From Trichinella spiralis (taxonomy: Eukaryota): a DNA stretch of 64,000 nt. How positions within the stretch are numbered: the stretch's first letter is position 1; every line of letters begins with the position of its first letter. The stretch covers positions 2,241,666 to 2,305,665 of the forward strand of contig NW_003526943.1 of NCBI RefSeq assembly GCF_000181795.1. The letters run 5' to 3'. Positions 14,657-26,445 of this stretch are shown here, piece by piece. The position numbers were made by a program, and so were the translations under genes. A model generated the notes under the pieces. It searched no databases. It was not told where the DNA came from and worked only from the letters and a program-made list of their open reading frames with translations.

Positions 14657-15930
14657 NNNNNNNNNNGCCCCAGGGTTTCGCCTNGGCTGCCCAGCAGTTC
14701 TAATGTTTGTAANCCCGTAGCAAATANCCAGTATATGCCNTCAATGCATTTCTGNCCACAAATTAAAAAAAATCCTTCACCCGGCCTTTCGTTTGTCCTN
14801 NGAAACGGAACAGGGATTTGCAGCAAGTCCCCGACGAATGTTTGGGCAGTTTTGGGTATCGCTTTGCCCCGGTGNCCTGTACATCGAGGACTTTACCCTG
14901 TTTATACAGCGGAAAATAGCCAGATGTGGATGGCTCGGCGGACGCGGCGGAAGCTTCCTCATCATAGATGGCCGGGATTGGTTTCGTTTCTTCCGCGCTG
15001 CGCTTCTTCAAAAACCGTCTTCTTTTCCATTTTGTATGCCAAGTGCTCACCCACCGGGCAGCTTTCGATGTGATCATTCCGCTTGATAACCGATGTTACC
15101 TCAAGGTTGGTCCATATGGCACCACCGCAGCCCTTTTTATCCTATACCAAAATAAACTAACCCTTAATAACTAAGGTAACACACTGTACATTTAGCATAT
15201 ACTTTCGAGCATCTCCAATATTTCTGTATGCCGGCACGTTTTAATCTGTATGCCCTGCCTTCATGAAAAAGGGACATACCACCGCAACGATTTGGTACAA
15301 GATGCAACTCAGGTACATCAGCCATAAAAAAGAACAAAATAGTAGGAATGACGAGGATAATTAGCAATGATCATATTTTAGAAGAGCACATGCAGTGCTA
15401 AGGGAAGATAATGGGAACATCCCTAATGGAAGGAACTATATCTGAAAAATTTTCTTAACTTTCTGTTTTGTTTGGTAATTCAGATAAACAGATCCTTCTT
15501 CATCTGGAATGTTGAACCATCCTAATGCAAGAATTGCAACTTGAATGTTCAANTNCAANCCCAGNTAGTTNGNNTTTTACNTTTAGATANTNGNAAAAAN
15601 CAAAATGTAAATACNAATGTACCACAAAATGTATAANNCCACGGNATNGGAAATTTTNAAACAAAATGCCANGANTTTTANNNTTTTTATTTAAATAAAA
15701 CATATGAAGNAAAAACAATAACTCTTGNGNAACAGGAGCNAAAGNAAAGATTGGNAANGATTANAATNCNTTTGCAAGTCNNAGANNTNTTTTCAGAGAN
15801 NNNTNNNGNNANNNTCAGAAAAATGTNTNTCAATTCNAAAATTNCAGTAATCANCCACTNCCCANGTTTTAGCTGAAAANCNNCANNTGTAGACAATTTA
15901 GATTTTCTCTTNTGTACTTNACTAGCCNTT
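14657..15930. other. Assembly gap and low-quality N-rich sequence
   Basis: Run of n at ~14657-14666, and scattered n through 14680-14880 and 15550-15930. Confidence 0.95.
14670..15325 (-). mobile_element. FLYWCH-zinc-finger / Mutator-like (MULE) transposase 5' fragment
   Basis: MADVPELHLVPNRCGGMSLFHEGRAYRLKRAGIQKYWRCSK, then an intron, then KRGCGGAIWTNLEVTSVIKRNDHIESC and KKRSAEETKPIPAIYDEEASAASAEPSTSGYFP. This is a FLYWCH pattern (Y..WRC..C..H) leading into MULE-type sequence. Frameshifts may partly be sequencing error. Confidence 0.7.
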
Positions 15931-16085
15931 CAACTAGCCTTCATCAGAACACTATCTGTCAAACAGAAAAGAACCTTAGGCATAAATCTCATTTAATTGT
16001 TAGCTAAGAAGTAATTTAAGTTAGCTCAGATTAGCTAAGTTCTCAGATAGAAGAAAGATATCCCAGCTTGTTGGAAATTTTCGTA

Positions 16086-16203
16086 ATGGCTGATATTCCT
16101 GAGTTACCTTTTGTAACTAATCGTCGTAGTGGTACGTCCCTTGTGTATGAAGGCAGGGCGTACAAATTGAGATATACCAGCAAACGGGTGAAAAACTGGG
16201 GAA
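16086..16203 (+). mobile_element. Truncated FLYWCH/MULE N-terminus (second copy)
   Basis: MADIPELPFVTNRRSGTSLVYEGRAYKLRYTSKRVKNWG is clearly paralogous to the 15325 start. It is abruptly fused to a minus-strand FLYWCH fragment. Confidence 0.65.
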
Positions 16204-16487
16204 TGCATGGGCATCTACTCGGCAGCCCTCTGCATGCTCACCGGTTCTTATGACTTGGGTGGCATCAGGGTTAGTATAGAGCTTGCCAGGGCAACCTCTC
16301 ATTCCCTAAATTGGAAACGAAATTGCAAGCTCATGATATTACACAATAATAACAACGTGCTATAATAAACCAGTTCTGCTTACCGATGCGCATATCCAAC
16401 ATTTATCGTTGCGATTTGTGCTTCAGGGTGTAGCACTGTCCTCTGTACACCAATTTTTGTTGGTTCCTTTGGGTAGATGCAAAGCGA
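16200..16487 (-). mobile_element. Truncated FLYWCH/MULE N-terminus (different subfamily), with an intron
   Basis: MEGNDEIRFASTQRNQQKLVYRGQCYTLK, a frameshift, then NRNDKCWICAS, an intron GTAAGC...TTTAG (~16382-16306), then GMRGCPGKLYTNPDATQVIRTGEHAEGCRVDAHAF. Confidence 0.65.
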
Positions 16488-19400
16488 ATTTCATCGTTTC
16501 CTTCCATCGGTAATGACTCGCGAACGCAAGGCACTGAACTCAAATGCAAGACCAACCGAAAATGAAGCATACGCTTTTGAATTCTATTTTAAATCCCTTT
16601 TGCAACATTTAGTTTTCATTTCTCATTTTATCTACAATCGAAGATCAACTTGTGATATTCGTTGTGGCACCAATGCCTTTTGTTGATGTTGACAGAAGAT
16701 TATTAATCACAGATAAATGGCGCACAAATGCTGACATCAAAGTATGCGATGTCCACTGCAAAGTGAATTTGAAGCAGCTTTAACAGCTTTTCTGCTTGAT
16801 GCTGTTCATCGGTTTCTTTCTGTTTTCAAAGTGCTTTACTTTTATCCATCCGCGTTGATAAATACTGTTTTAAAGAATGTCAACCAACAGTTGTTTCGCT
16901 CATCAGATAAATTACGTTTTAGCTAGCAATTATATGAGATTTATGCATAAGATGTTTTTCCGTTTGTCAGAAATTTTTCTGAAGAGCAGCTAAGGGCTAT
17001 TCAAGTACAAAGGGAAAATCTAAAATTGATAAATTGTCTACAGCTGCAGTTTTCAGCTAAAACTAGGAGTGCTGATTGCTGAATGTTAGCATCGAAATAC
17101 TTTTCTGATTTTGCCTGCCTGTTTTCTGAAAATATTTCTGGGTTGCAAGAAAATTTAATCTTTCCAATCTTTCTTTCACTCCTATTTACAAGAGTTATTG
17201 TTTTTCTTCTTATGCTTCACTTAAAAAAAATAAAATCTGGATTCTGTTTAAAATATAAATTTGTGATTATGCATTTTGTGTAAATTGTATTAAATTTCTC
17301 TTTCAATATCTAAAGTAAACCCACTACTGGGTTGATTAAACATTCAAGTTGCAATTCTTGTATTACTATGGTTCAACATTCCAGATCAAAAAATATCTGT
17401 TGCATTTCGAAATTCTGTTGATTTTAGCAAACAAAACTGAAAGCAAAGAAAATTATTTTTCATCTTAAGTTCACTTCATCACGGGTGTGTCCGTTATCAT
17501 GCTCTAGCACAGCATATGCTCTGCCAAAATTTGATCATAATTAGTTACCCTGGTCAGCAACCAAGGAGCATAAATTAATTGGTCTTTCATGTGCTGCCAA
17601 ACATTCCCATTGTTGAGAGTGAACAATAATTGTGCAATATCATGGAGTTCACTGCCTTGGTCAGATAATGAGTTTATTTGAGAAAGCATCTGCAGCATTG
17701 TAAAAATTCCAGACCACCATTTATCATGGCATGAATTTGTGGCTTGTGCATTTAGATGGCATCATAGTGCTCAGAAATATTGAAATGCCAGCGTGTAATG
17801 TTATGAAGCTTGTGGTGCAGTATACACTGACTTCACATTATATGGATGATCTGTGAAAAATTTCTCAGATGTAACGTAGCTAATGCACAGATTGAACTGA
17901 AAGTGCTTTTGCCTAGCTTACGGAAAATTTAACTGCAGCACATGTGTGTTGGTCTAGTGAAATTTCAAAAAACCCTTCGTGCTGAATGCTGTTCACCTGG
18001 CCCACAATAATTATTGCAGAATTTTCTTCATTGCCAAGCTAGTGAACAAGGCTAGCTCTGTTGCCATCGTAAAAAGGCATTACATGTCAAATTATGAAAA
18101 CAACGTTTATTTAACATCTCTTTGTTCAATTATCTCTTGTTCAGGCTGTTCATTTGTTGCTTCTATATTTTTGTAGAATAATGCAGTTGGATAATAAAAA
18201 TATTTAATTTGTAAAGAACAAGACCGTCATTTCTATTTTTCATTTATTTCACTCCTCAGTGCTTATCATTAGCTTGTGCTATTTTCCGTGTCGTAGGTTT
18301 GAGATGTGTTTTCGAATGATGGGAATAAATAATAATGAATTTCAGTTTGTATCTCAAAGAACCGACATAAGCCAATACACAAAAAGAGATGCCACACGCT
18401 CAAGTGCACAAATCATAATGGCAAATACGGGTTGTGAATAAACATACAAACAGTGGCTTAATGTAGCACATTATTATTGTAATATTACAGGCAATCGATT
18501 TTTTCAATATACTTGATTGCCGTGGCACAGTGTCTACAAGTTTAGAAGTGGACTTTTTCCATATTTATACGTTATTGTTGTATTGCCCATCTTGCCCATC
18601 GTATATATTGTAATAAAGTTCAGATTTGCTTGTTGTTGTAACATTGTAAGAAAATTCACATATGCAATAGCATTGAGTTGAACTCAATTAACGGGAACAT
18701 CAAGGTCTGCTTGAAATGAATTTCCCTTTTAGCATGACCAGTTTTTTCCAGAAGCATTGATGACACTGGATAAAACAAGCTTTAAATCAGGCGATTAGTT
18801 GAAGCGCAGCGTCACGTACTGCGCAATCTATCTTTGATTCACTTCTCCAAGTTGAAATTTTGTTGAGGACAGACATAATATTCAGTAATATCAAAGAAAT
18901 TAAAATTTTGAATTTTAAAAGAAAAGCAATAATGATAACCAGTAAACGTTCGAAATGATGTTCAGCGCATTTTCAAATGGAATGTTAATGTTCCAGCATG
19001 CAAAAATTATTTGTTAACGTATCCATTGTGCATTTATTGCTCACTCTTGTCAAGCATCAACAGTCGGTTAACACAAACAAATAGCAGACATTTTCTTTGT
19101 TTATTTTAGCCAGAGTACACTGTGTTATGAAAAATACATAAAATTTGTTGTCTTTATTTTGCATTTAATGAAAATGACCAACGAAATATTCAATACTGAT
19201 TTGTTGATTCATTTAATAAGGCTGAACATTTATCGCATTTGTATAACAAATAGAATTTTTATTCAGACAATTGAAGCATTTAAAAATTGTACGTACAGTA
19301 TAAACATTGAATTAAAATTTTTAATTTTCCATTTTACAAAAATTTGAAATATAAATACTGTATTGAGTATAGTAAAAAAGGAAACATTCAAGGTTAATTA

Positions 19401-19612
19401 AACAGTTTCATAAGAATATAAACGAAACAAAATTATTTATCCAAATTGTGAAATTTATTGTGAATGTGAATTTTGAAATTTAATGTAAGATGTGTGAATT
19501 TGAAATTTATGTGTAATTGAGATGTGAATGTGTGAAATTGAATTGACAATGTGAATGTGAAATTTATGAAATCAGTTAAGTAACAGTAATTGAAGAAGAG
19601 AGAAAGAAAACA

Positions 19613-19984
19613 TCAAGGGTTAAATTTAACGGAGAGGATTTTTTTCCGCACAATTCCGCCCGTGACGAACCAATCTTCGTTGAAATCCGTTTCGCCTTCA
19701 AACGCGTCGACCCATTCAATAATCAACGTGTCCACAGGAGGTGATTCACTTCTGAATGGAAACGGGTGGCAGATGATGTTTATGGTGATGTCCTTCTTCG
19801 GCTGCAGCGCACCCTGGGATGGTAAGACCACGTAGCGGTTCTCCACCTTCGACACCACCCTATAGCCGAGCAGCTTCTTGCCTGGGTTGGAAAGTTTCAA
19901 CGCCGTCACTTGTTCACTCAAACACGGCGCGTTGAACCACACTTCTTCCGCAGGTACAGAAACAATATCGGTCGGTAAAGCCAT
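19613..19984 (-). CDS. Major sperm protein (MSP) domain protein, intronless, 123 aa
   Basis: Length and motifs fit MSP: P..EVWFNAP, LKLSNPGKKLLGYRV, RYVVLPSQGALQP, DTLIIEW, and the C-terminal EDWFVTGGIVRKKILSVKFNP (canonical [20 protein letters not shown]). Confidence 0.9.
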   Translation of the reverse strand: MALPTDIVSVPAEEVWFNAPCLSEQVTALKLSNPGKKLLGYRVVSKVENRYVVLPSQGALQPKKDITINIICHPFPFRSESPPVDTLIIEWVDAFEGETDFNEDWFVTGGIVRKKILSVKFNP

Positions 19985-22900
19985 TCGTTAGCAAGAGCAG
20001 CTTTCCTCGAACGAACACTGGTCTAAACTGATCAGCGCATGCCTTTTTCCACTTACGCACTGAAAAGCACTTTAAACAAAAGTTGTTGAAAAGATTTTGT
20101 TTAAATTTAAACAATTCCTACTACTGCACTTTAAAGTGCAATTTAAAATTTTTATCAACTTATCTTAATTTCAGCTGAAAACGACACTAATCTGTAGCAT
20201 ATTGCAACTATTTTTTTTCATCTCAAACAAATTTTATGTAGTAATTACATGTTGACAATTTTCAACTGCTTAATGATGTTCAAGATCAATTTCTTTATCG
20301 TAATGATCTAAGAAGTTGAAAAATAAACGAACAACATGATTAAACAATAAGCAGTATGATGTGCAATTATTTCTGCTTCTTACAACAACTGCTGATCAAT
20401 TCAGATGATTTAATGATTTCGAAAAACAAATAAATAATAAATATCAATGAGATACGCCAGAAATTAATTAGTAAGGAGATGCATTATTCCTATCCACATT
20501 AAGTAAGGCAGTGGAATGATATGCATTTTCTTGTTGCCAGGCTTCTTTTTAGTCATCATCCTCAGCTTCTAAGCTTTGGAAAAACTTGACAACTTGACAA
20601 AAACTTTTGAACAGATGTAAAATTATGGTACGACATACCACATTCGACGGCACCATATCAACTTTCAAGCAAACTGTTTAAGTTTTTGAAAATTATTTAA
20701 AATTGAACTGATAGTAGAAAATTCAATTAAATCAGCAAACATAAAAATGAAAAGTTACGAATCCATGGTCAACCGTTGGCATGACCAATTTTCTTCTAAA
20801 TTTGTCTTTAAATGCAAGTGTTCTGTAAAATGTACACAGATAGCACTTCCACTTTGTTATTGACAAAACTTTCATTAACTCATGCAATTTAAAATTCAGG
20901 ATAAACAACTATAAATTTGTATCAAACGTCTTAGTCTTATTCTTCATTAGAGCTAAACCATGCTCCGCTTTGCTGGTACCAACTGCATTTGATAACTTCA
21001 CATCCATGCATTGCACAGAGTAGTTAATTAACTAGGTGACTTCTAATTACATAAACGAACGATCACACATATGCTTACATGTAAAGCATTTTCAAAGACA
21101 GTTTATATGAGCATTTATTATTTAATTTTAATACAAATAATATAATACAATAAACATAACATAATTTATATGTAAGAAGTTGTATATGCATATATATGTT
21201 GATTTATAGACTTTGGTAGAGTTATTCAAAACAAACACAAAAAGTGAACTATGGATTAACAATTGCCAGTTAACAGACTGTAAACCTCTTTCATCGACTA
21301 CGTATCTGTAATGTATTCATCATTTGGCAGAGTATAGCTGTTATTTAGAAAATCGCTACTTTCATTTCCTGTTCAAACTTTCTGTACCAGTGCTTCAGTA
21401 ATCGGTATTTTCATGCTTGTTAATCAGGATCGTCAGAAATGGATAGAAAAGTAAATGAAACTTCCATCTTCTCTGATAATGATAATGATGCTGATGAAGC
21501 TGTTAGTTATCCAAGTAATTGACCGAACGCATATTTCAAAGCGAGTTAGCCTCCTATAATCTATTCTTGTCATGGAACGGGTGATTCGTTTTTCTACCAT
21601 TTAGAAACTAGTAGGAATATTAATCAACCAAAGATAAGAACATCAAAATAAAGTAAAATAAAAAAGAGATAGTTGAGGTATTAAAAATAAGAATGAAAGA
21701 AAAGTAATAATAGCAGTTTATGAGAGCAAGTGGTGGTTTGGCTGTTGGTCTATTCCTTTTTTGTGACATATTTGAAATAGCTAAATCAAGAATTTATTTC
21801 AATTTCATTCATCTTAACAACATATAAGTAAAAGCAATAAAAATAAAAAAATTTGTTGTGTGCTTCTGAGCGCCTTACAAACTATAGTTCAAAGACTTTT
21901 ACTTTTTAAACTACAGTAATAAAACAATCACGTTTTATTGCCAGTTCGTAAGTTCAGGTTTTAAAATTAAAAATGAAAATTGAAGTTAAGGAAATGCAAT
22001 ATTAACTAAAATGAAATAAATATTTATTTTCAACAATTTTATGAAAGAAAATGAGATTTTATTTTACTGTCTATGGTTTTTCCTTCGCATTAGCAGTTTG
22101 CTTTCACTGTCCTTGAATAAATGGCTTCGGATCGTTAAACTGTGTTGTCTTTGTCTTTACATTACTTGTAATTTAAGATTTACTTGTAATAAATTTAAGC
22201 GTATCCGCATGAAGACATATGGGGTTTTATTTGTTTAAATTTATTTTAATATTTCATAAATGCATAGATCTTATGTTTTTATGTCGAACATAGTTTTATA
22301 GATTTCTAAAATATGTAAAATGACAATAACTTTCTGTTTATGTTGTAGGTTTCACTTCGAATAACAAGTTTATTGATCATATTTGACATTACACTCGTGT
22401 TTCTGTTGTCGACAAGGTAAATATATTTTTACGAGAAAGATCTACCTTAATCTTAGAAAATAAGATTTAATGTTAAATTTAAATAACTCTTCTGGTCCAT
22501 TCCTATTTATAATTTATTATTTTTATTTTTATAATAAATCATGGTTAATTTTCTGTAAGTTTAACATTTAGTGTAAAGCATTTTAATCTGTAAATAGTAG
22601 AATTTAATACATAGTAATGTATAAATGGCTTTATGGTATGAAGAATAACTGTTAGAAGTAAACATTAGAGTTTGTAAGAGCAGCTTCAGCTTTTTTCACT
22701 TACATCTTAGCATATTTCAAAGTAACTAGTCTACTTGAATCGTGTGATATGGAACTGCGATTAAATTCCCTTAGTGACGCTGTTAATAATTTTAATCCTT
22801 TAAACTTCAAGCAGTAAAATGAAATGAGCTTTTAAGAGTATCCGAAATATTCATTATGTGTTTTACTAGTGAAGCCTTGTTCTTGGAATTTCGAATCAAG

Positions 22901-24560
22901 ATGTCAGATGCTTCTCCAAAAAAGAATTATCAGATTGGTCTTTTATTAGCTGTTGTTTCCAGCTTATTCATTGGTGCAAGTTTAGTTGTTCAGAAAAAAG
23001 CATTGTTGCGCCTTTCAGGATATCATAAAACAAAATCATCTGGTAAGAGTAATTTTGATTTTTCTGATTGAAAAACTTTAATTTTAGAATTTACTGGCTG
23101 CAAGAAATTCAGAGATTTACTTTGGTTATTTGGCGTTCTTATCAGTAAGAAGTATTTTATTATTTCATGACTTTTAATGCATTTCAAATTAACATTAAAG
23201 CTTTAACTAACATTTAGTTATGACTAACTAACCTCCGGAAGATTTAGAAATTGTTCGATTTTGAATTATACAGATTTTGTAGAAAGCGAATTTTTTTTTT
23301 TGAATAACGTGATTTTTTAATAAAATACTGATAACTCTCTATTTTAAATATTCTCAATTCAATTGCCATTTTGATGAATTTTTTGTGATGAAAATTTATA
23401 CTGTATGATAAGAAATGCAGGTATAAATATTTTCTAATAAATTAATTTCTAATAAATTTATATTCAGGTGAAAAATTCAGGAATAATTTCATTTTGTTTT
23501 TGGTGACAGGTTGAAATGTTACTATTATCTGTGAATGAATTAGGAATGAAAAATTAAATATTTCAAATTTTAGTGGGATTTGGTGAAGCATTAAATTTTG
23601 TTGCTTATGCTTTTGCGCCAGCTACTCTGATTACCCCTTTGGGAGCTTTGAGTGTAATAGTGACGTAAATATTTTTCATTTATATTTGTGTTTGATTTGC
23701 ATCGTCCAATTTTTAATTATTTAGAATTTGCTTATCGTGTAAATTTCTTGGTGAAAAACTCAATTTCTTAGTATGCTGTGGATGCATAACATGTCTTCTT
23801 GGCTCTACAATGGTAGTTATTCATTGTCCAAAGGAGGATAACGTTACAAGCACTTCAGAGTTGATTAAAAGCATGAGCAGTTCAAGTAAGAAATTATTGA
23901 AGAACATGTGTTAAAAAGCTTTTTTTTAAAACATACTTTAATTATAAGAATATATGAATTTAGGAATAATTAACATTTCACTTCAGGTTTCATGCTGAAT
24001 TTTATATAATTTATGAAATTTAAAATTGTTTAGATTTCATCTGCTATTCTGCGATCGTGTTCTTTGGAATTGCTCTACTGATAATCTACGTATCACCTCG
24101 ATATGGAGCAAAAAACGTTTTTGTTTATATTTCTATATGTTCCTTGATTGGCTCATTTTCTGTTCTTGCCTGTAAAGGCTTGGCAGTTACCTTTCGCGAA
24201 TGGCTGGAAGAAAAAAGTACTCTTTTGAGTCCATTAAGTTTGAGCTTACTGCTTATTTTAGCAGTTTCTATATTTTTGCAATTACAGTATTTGAGCAAAT
24301 CATTACATGTATTCCAAGCTAGCATAGTAACAACAATTTATTATGCATTCTTTACAACTATGGTAGTTGTTGCTGGTGGTCTTCTTTTAAAAGAATGGAA
24401 CGCTTTGAATATAACTGATTACATTGGTTTCTTGTGCGGTTTTGTCAACATTCTGATTGGCACCTTCCTCATGCAAGCATTCAAAGATATTTCTATAACT
24501 ATACACAGTTTGCCAAATTTTAATTTTTACAACTGGAAGACAGATGATGTCGATCAGTGA
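22901..24560 (+). CDS. NIPA-family Mg2+ transporter (NIPA2-like); exons ~22901-23042, 23088-23144, 23574-23665, ~23725-23885, 24034-24560
   Basis: [79 protein letters not shown] and [13 protein letters not shown] are NIPA signatures. Splice sites are canonical. Confidence 0.9.
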
Positions 24561-24703
24561 AAACAGTCATATAAGTTTGAATCTAAAGGAATTTTAGGAC
24601 AGAACAAGCTAATAGATGTAATAGATTATAAGATGAAATATTATCGCATTTGCAAATGATATGAAAAATAAATACGTTGATAAAAAGTATATTATATTTT
24701 ATA

Positions 24704-25680
24704 TGTGGTAAACATTATTATCCTTGGTAAGAATAGTTGCTCAACTTCATTCCCAGTTATAGTGAACTGTATTTCTCTTTCCGTGAGACGTGATTCTAAC
24801 TACCCGCACGTGATTGTCCCGCATGCACAATCAAGCGTTAATCAACAAAATTGTCTAATAATCACACTATTTACTCAACGCAAAACTCAAACAGAAACAG
24901 GTAGACCACGGCGCCAGTAGCAAAACCATGGAGGTCCAATCGAACCACCTTCTCTATTGCAGAATGGATGCAAGTCCTTTTAATGCTGACCTAAGCACCG
25001 CTAGCTCCCTCTTCCAAGTCTTTCAAACAGCTTGGACCGCGGTGTCAATGGGTCACCCAGGAAGTTCCCTGCTGCCACAGCAACTGGCGCAGCACTTTCA
25101 CCTCAACGGTGAATGGGATCAGACACTGGACCTGGTCATATACTATTGCAGCCAGCCTGAGCAGGCTCCTTTTAGTGTCCTAACCTCCAGGTTTACCTTC
25201 GGCTGACGGATCGAGAGTGTTTCTGACTTTGGTTCCCTTAAGACACCAAGCGTTTTCCAAAGTCCCTCCGCCAGGCTTGATTCTCCTCTGAGCTCTACGA
25301 CCTTGTCGTCTCCCACGATGCCTGGTGAACTGCTCACCCAACTGGTCAAATTAAATCTCCTTTTGGCTAACAGCTCCTTCGACTGATTGACCAGGTCCTT
25401 CGTGTTCATGACGCTATCACAACTTTGTTCAAGTTCATCGGCACATGTATTTGAGATGACCTGACTGACAGTCTGGCAATATTCATGCTTGTTCTTCTCA
25501 GCCAATTAGGTAAGATTGGCATGGGTCTTCCTCAATTCTCCTGCATTTCCTTTGGTGATAGCAGCTACTCATACTGAGTTGAAACCGCGGACATAGTCCT
25601 GCATGAGTCTGCATGGTTCCTCTCCCAGTTTGGCTATCCAGGAAGCAAATGAAACGCAGACCAGTCTGACGAGTGATCCT
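24704..25680 (-). mobile_element. BEL/Pao LTR retrotransposon relic (RT to peptidase A17 fragment, possible LTR remnant at ~24704-24915)
   Basis: CADELEQSCDSVMNTKDLVNQSKELLAKRRFNLTSWVSSSP...WKTLGVL...ETLSI resembles the Pao RT C-terminus (Y.DD......S.......LL..GGF.L.KW.SN, K.LG..W....D.L). Heavily decayed. Confidence 0.65.
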
Positions 25681-26236
25681 GAATGTTCTTCAGTTTATTG
25701 CTGACAGTAAATATGGGCATTCAAAACATTGATGCGTCTGATTATACACGAAGAAACCACTCAGAACTACATCCTGGAAGAACGCTGCGGTTTCGATCCT
25801 TCACTTCAGTGGATTACCCTTTCTCAGACGTCTGGATTATTTTGAAAATTGTGATTAGCAGTGCCAAGTAAGGCAATTTAGTGGCAGTACACCCATATTT
25901 GGAATCGTTGATATAAAACAACCCTCCAATCATTGATAAAAGTAAACTATTAAAATAGAATTTTCCAATTACTGATAAAACGTTGAAAAACCTATCAGGG
26001 AGCGAATTAGAAAAATGAAGTCGAACTACAGTGATCGAAATCACAGAAAACCCCTTAACAGAAGGAATCGAGAGTTTACGTGCACATTAGGAAAAGAAGC
26101 GGTCATTTCAGTTCATATCTCTATCATCAAATTATGTGATGAACCTCTATATCAGAGGAGGAAAACTACCTATGAAAATCAGTTTCATATCACTGACAAT
26201 TACTCAAATTTTATTAGTCAGTCTCAGTATAGTAAA

Positions 26237-26330
26237 CAACCAATCACTTTAAAACACGTCTTCAATTTTAAAACAAATTACTGTGATTGGACAGGTTTAA
26301 AGTAGTTCTATATTTAATCAGGGACAGCGA
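26237..26330 (+). promoter_or_regulatory. Actin-1 promoter: inverted CCAAT pair plus TATA-like element
   Basis: CCAATCAC at 26240 and GTGATTGG ending at 26290, then TATTTAA. The arrangement is conserved at 40390-40480 and 36719-36810. Confidence 0.6.
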
Positions 26331-26445
26331 CACTTTAATTTATTTTACATTCTCCTCCTTGTTTGGGTCTGCGGCGCTCTATTTTTCTCTTTCAAGCAAC
26401 CTCTCTCTTGTTTGGACGTACCATTACAAATTTTCTTTCCATCAG

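Larger units (their letters stand above)
15345..17556. repeat. Diverged ~650-bp inverted repeat pair (~15345-16030 and ~16900-17556)
   Basis: 15501 catctggaatgttgaaccatcctaatgcaagaattgcaacttgaatg is the approximate reverse complement of 17341 cattcaagttgcaattcttgtattactatggttcaacattccagatc. Similarly, 15980 gcataaatctcatttaattgttagctaa matches 16919 ttagctagcaattatatgagatttatgc in reverse. Confidence 0.75.

Noticed and set aside
14670..15100. GC-rich sequence next to the gap as vector or bacterial contamination
   Set aside because: It translates as the continuation of the intron-containing FLYWCH/MULE ORF.
16086..16302. Apparent micro-inversion splitting one FLYWCH domain across both strands
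   Set aside because: The minus-strand half has its own upstream exon and ATG (16487) joined by a GT-AG intron, so these are two convergent truncated ORFs, not one inverted domain.
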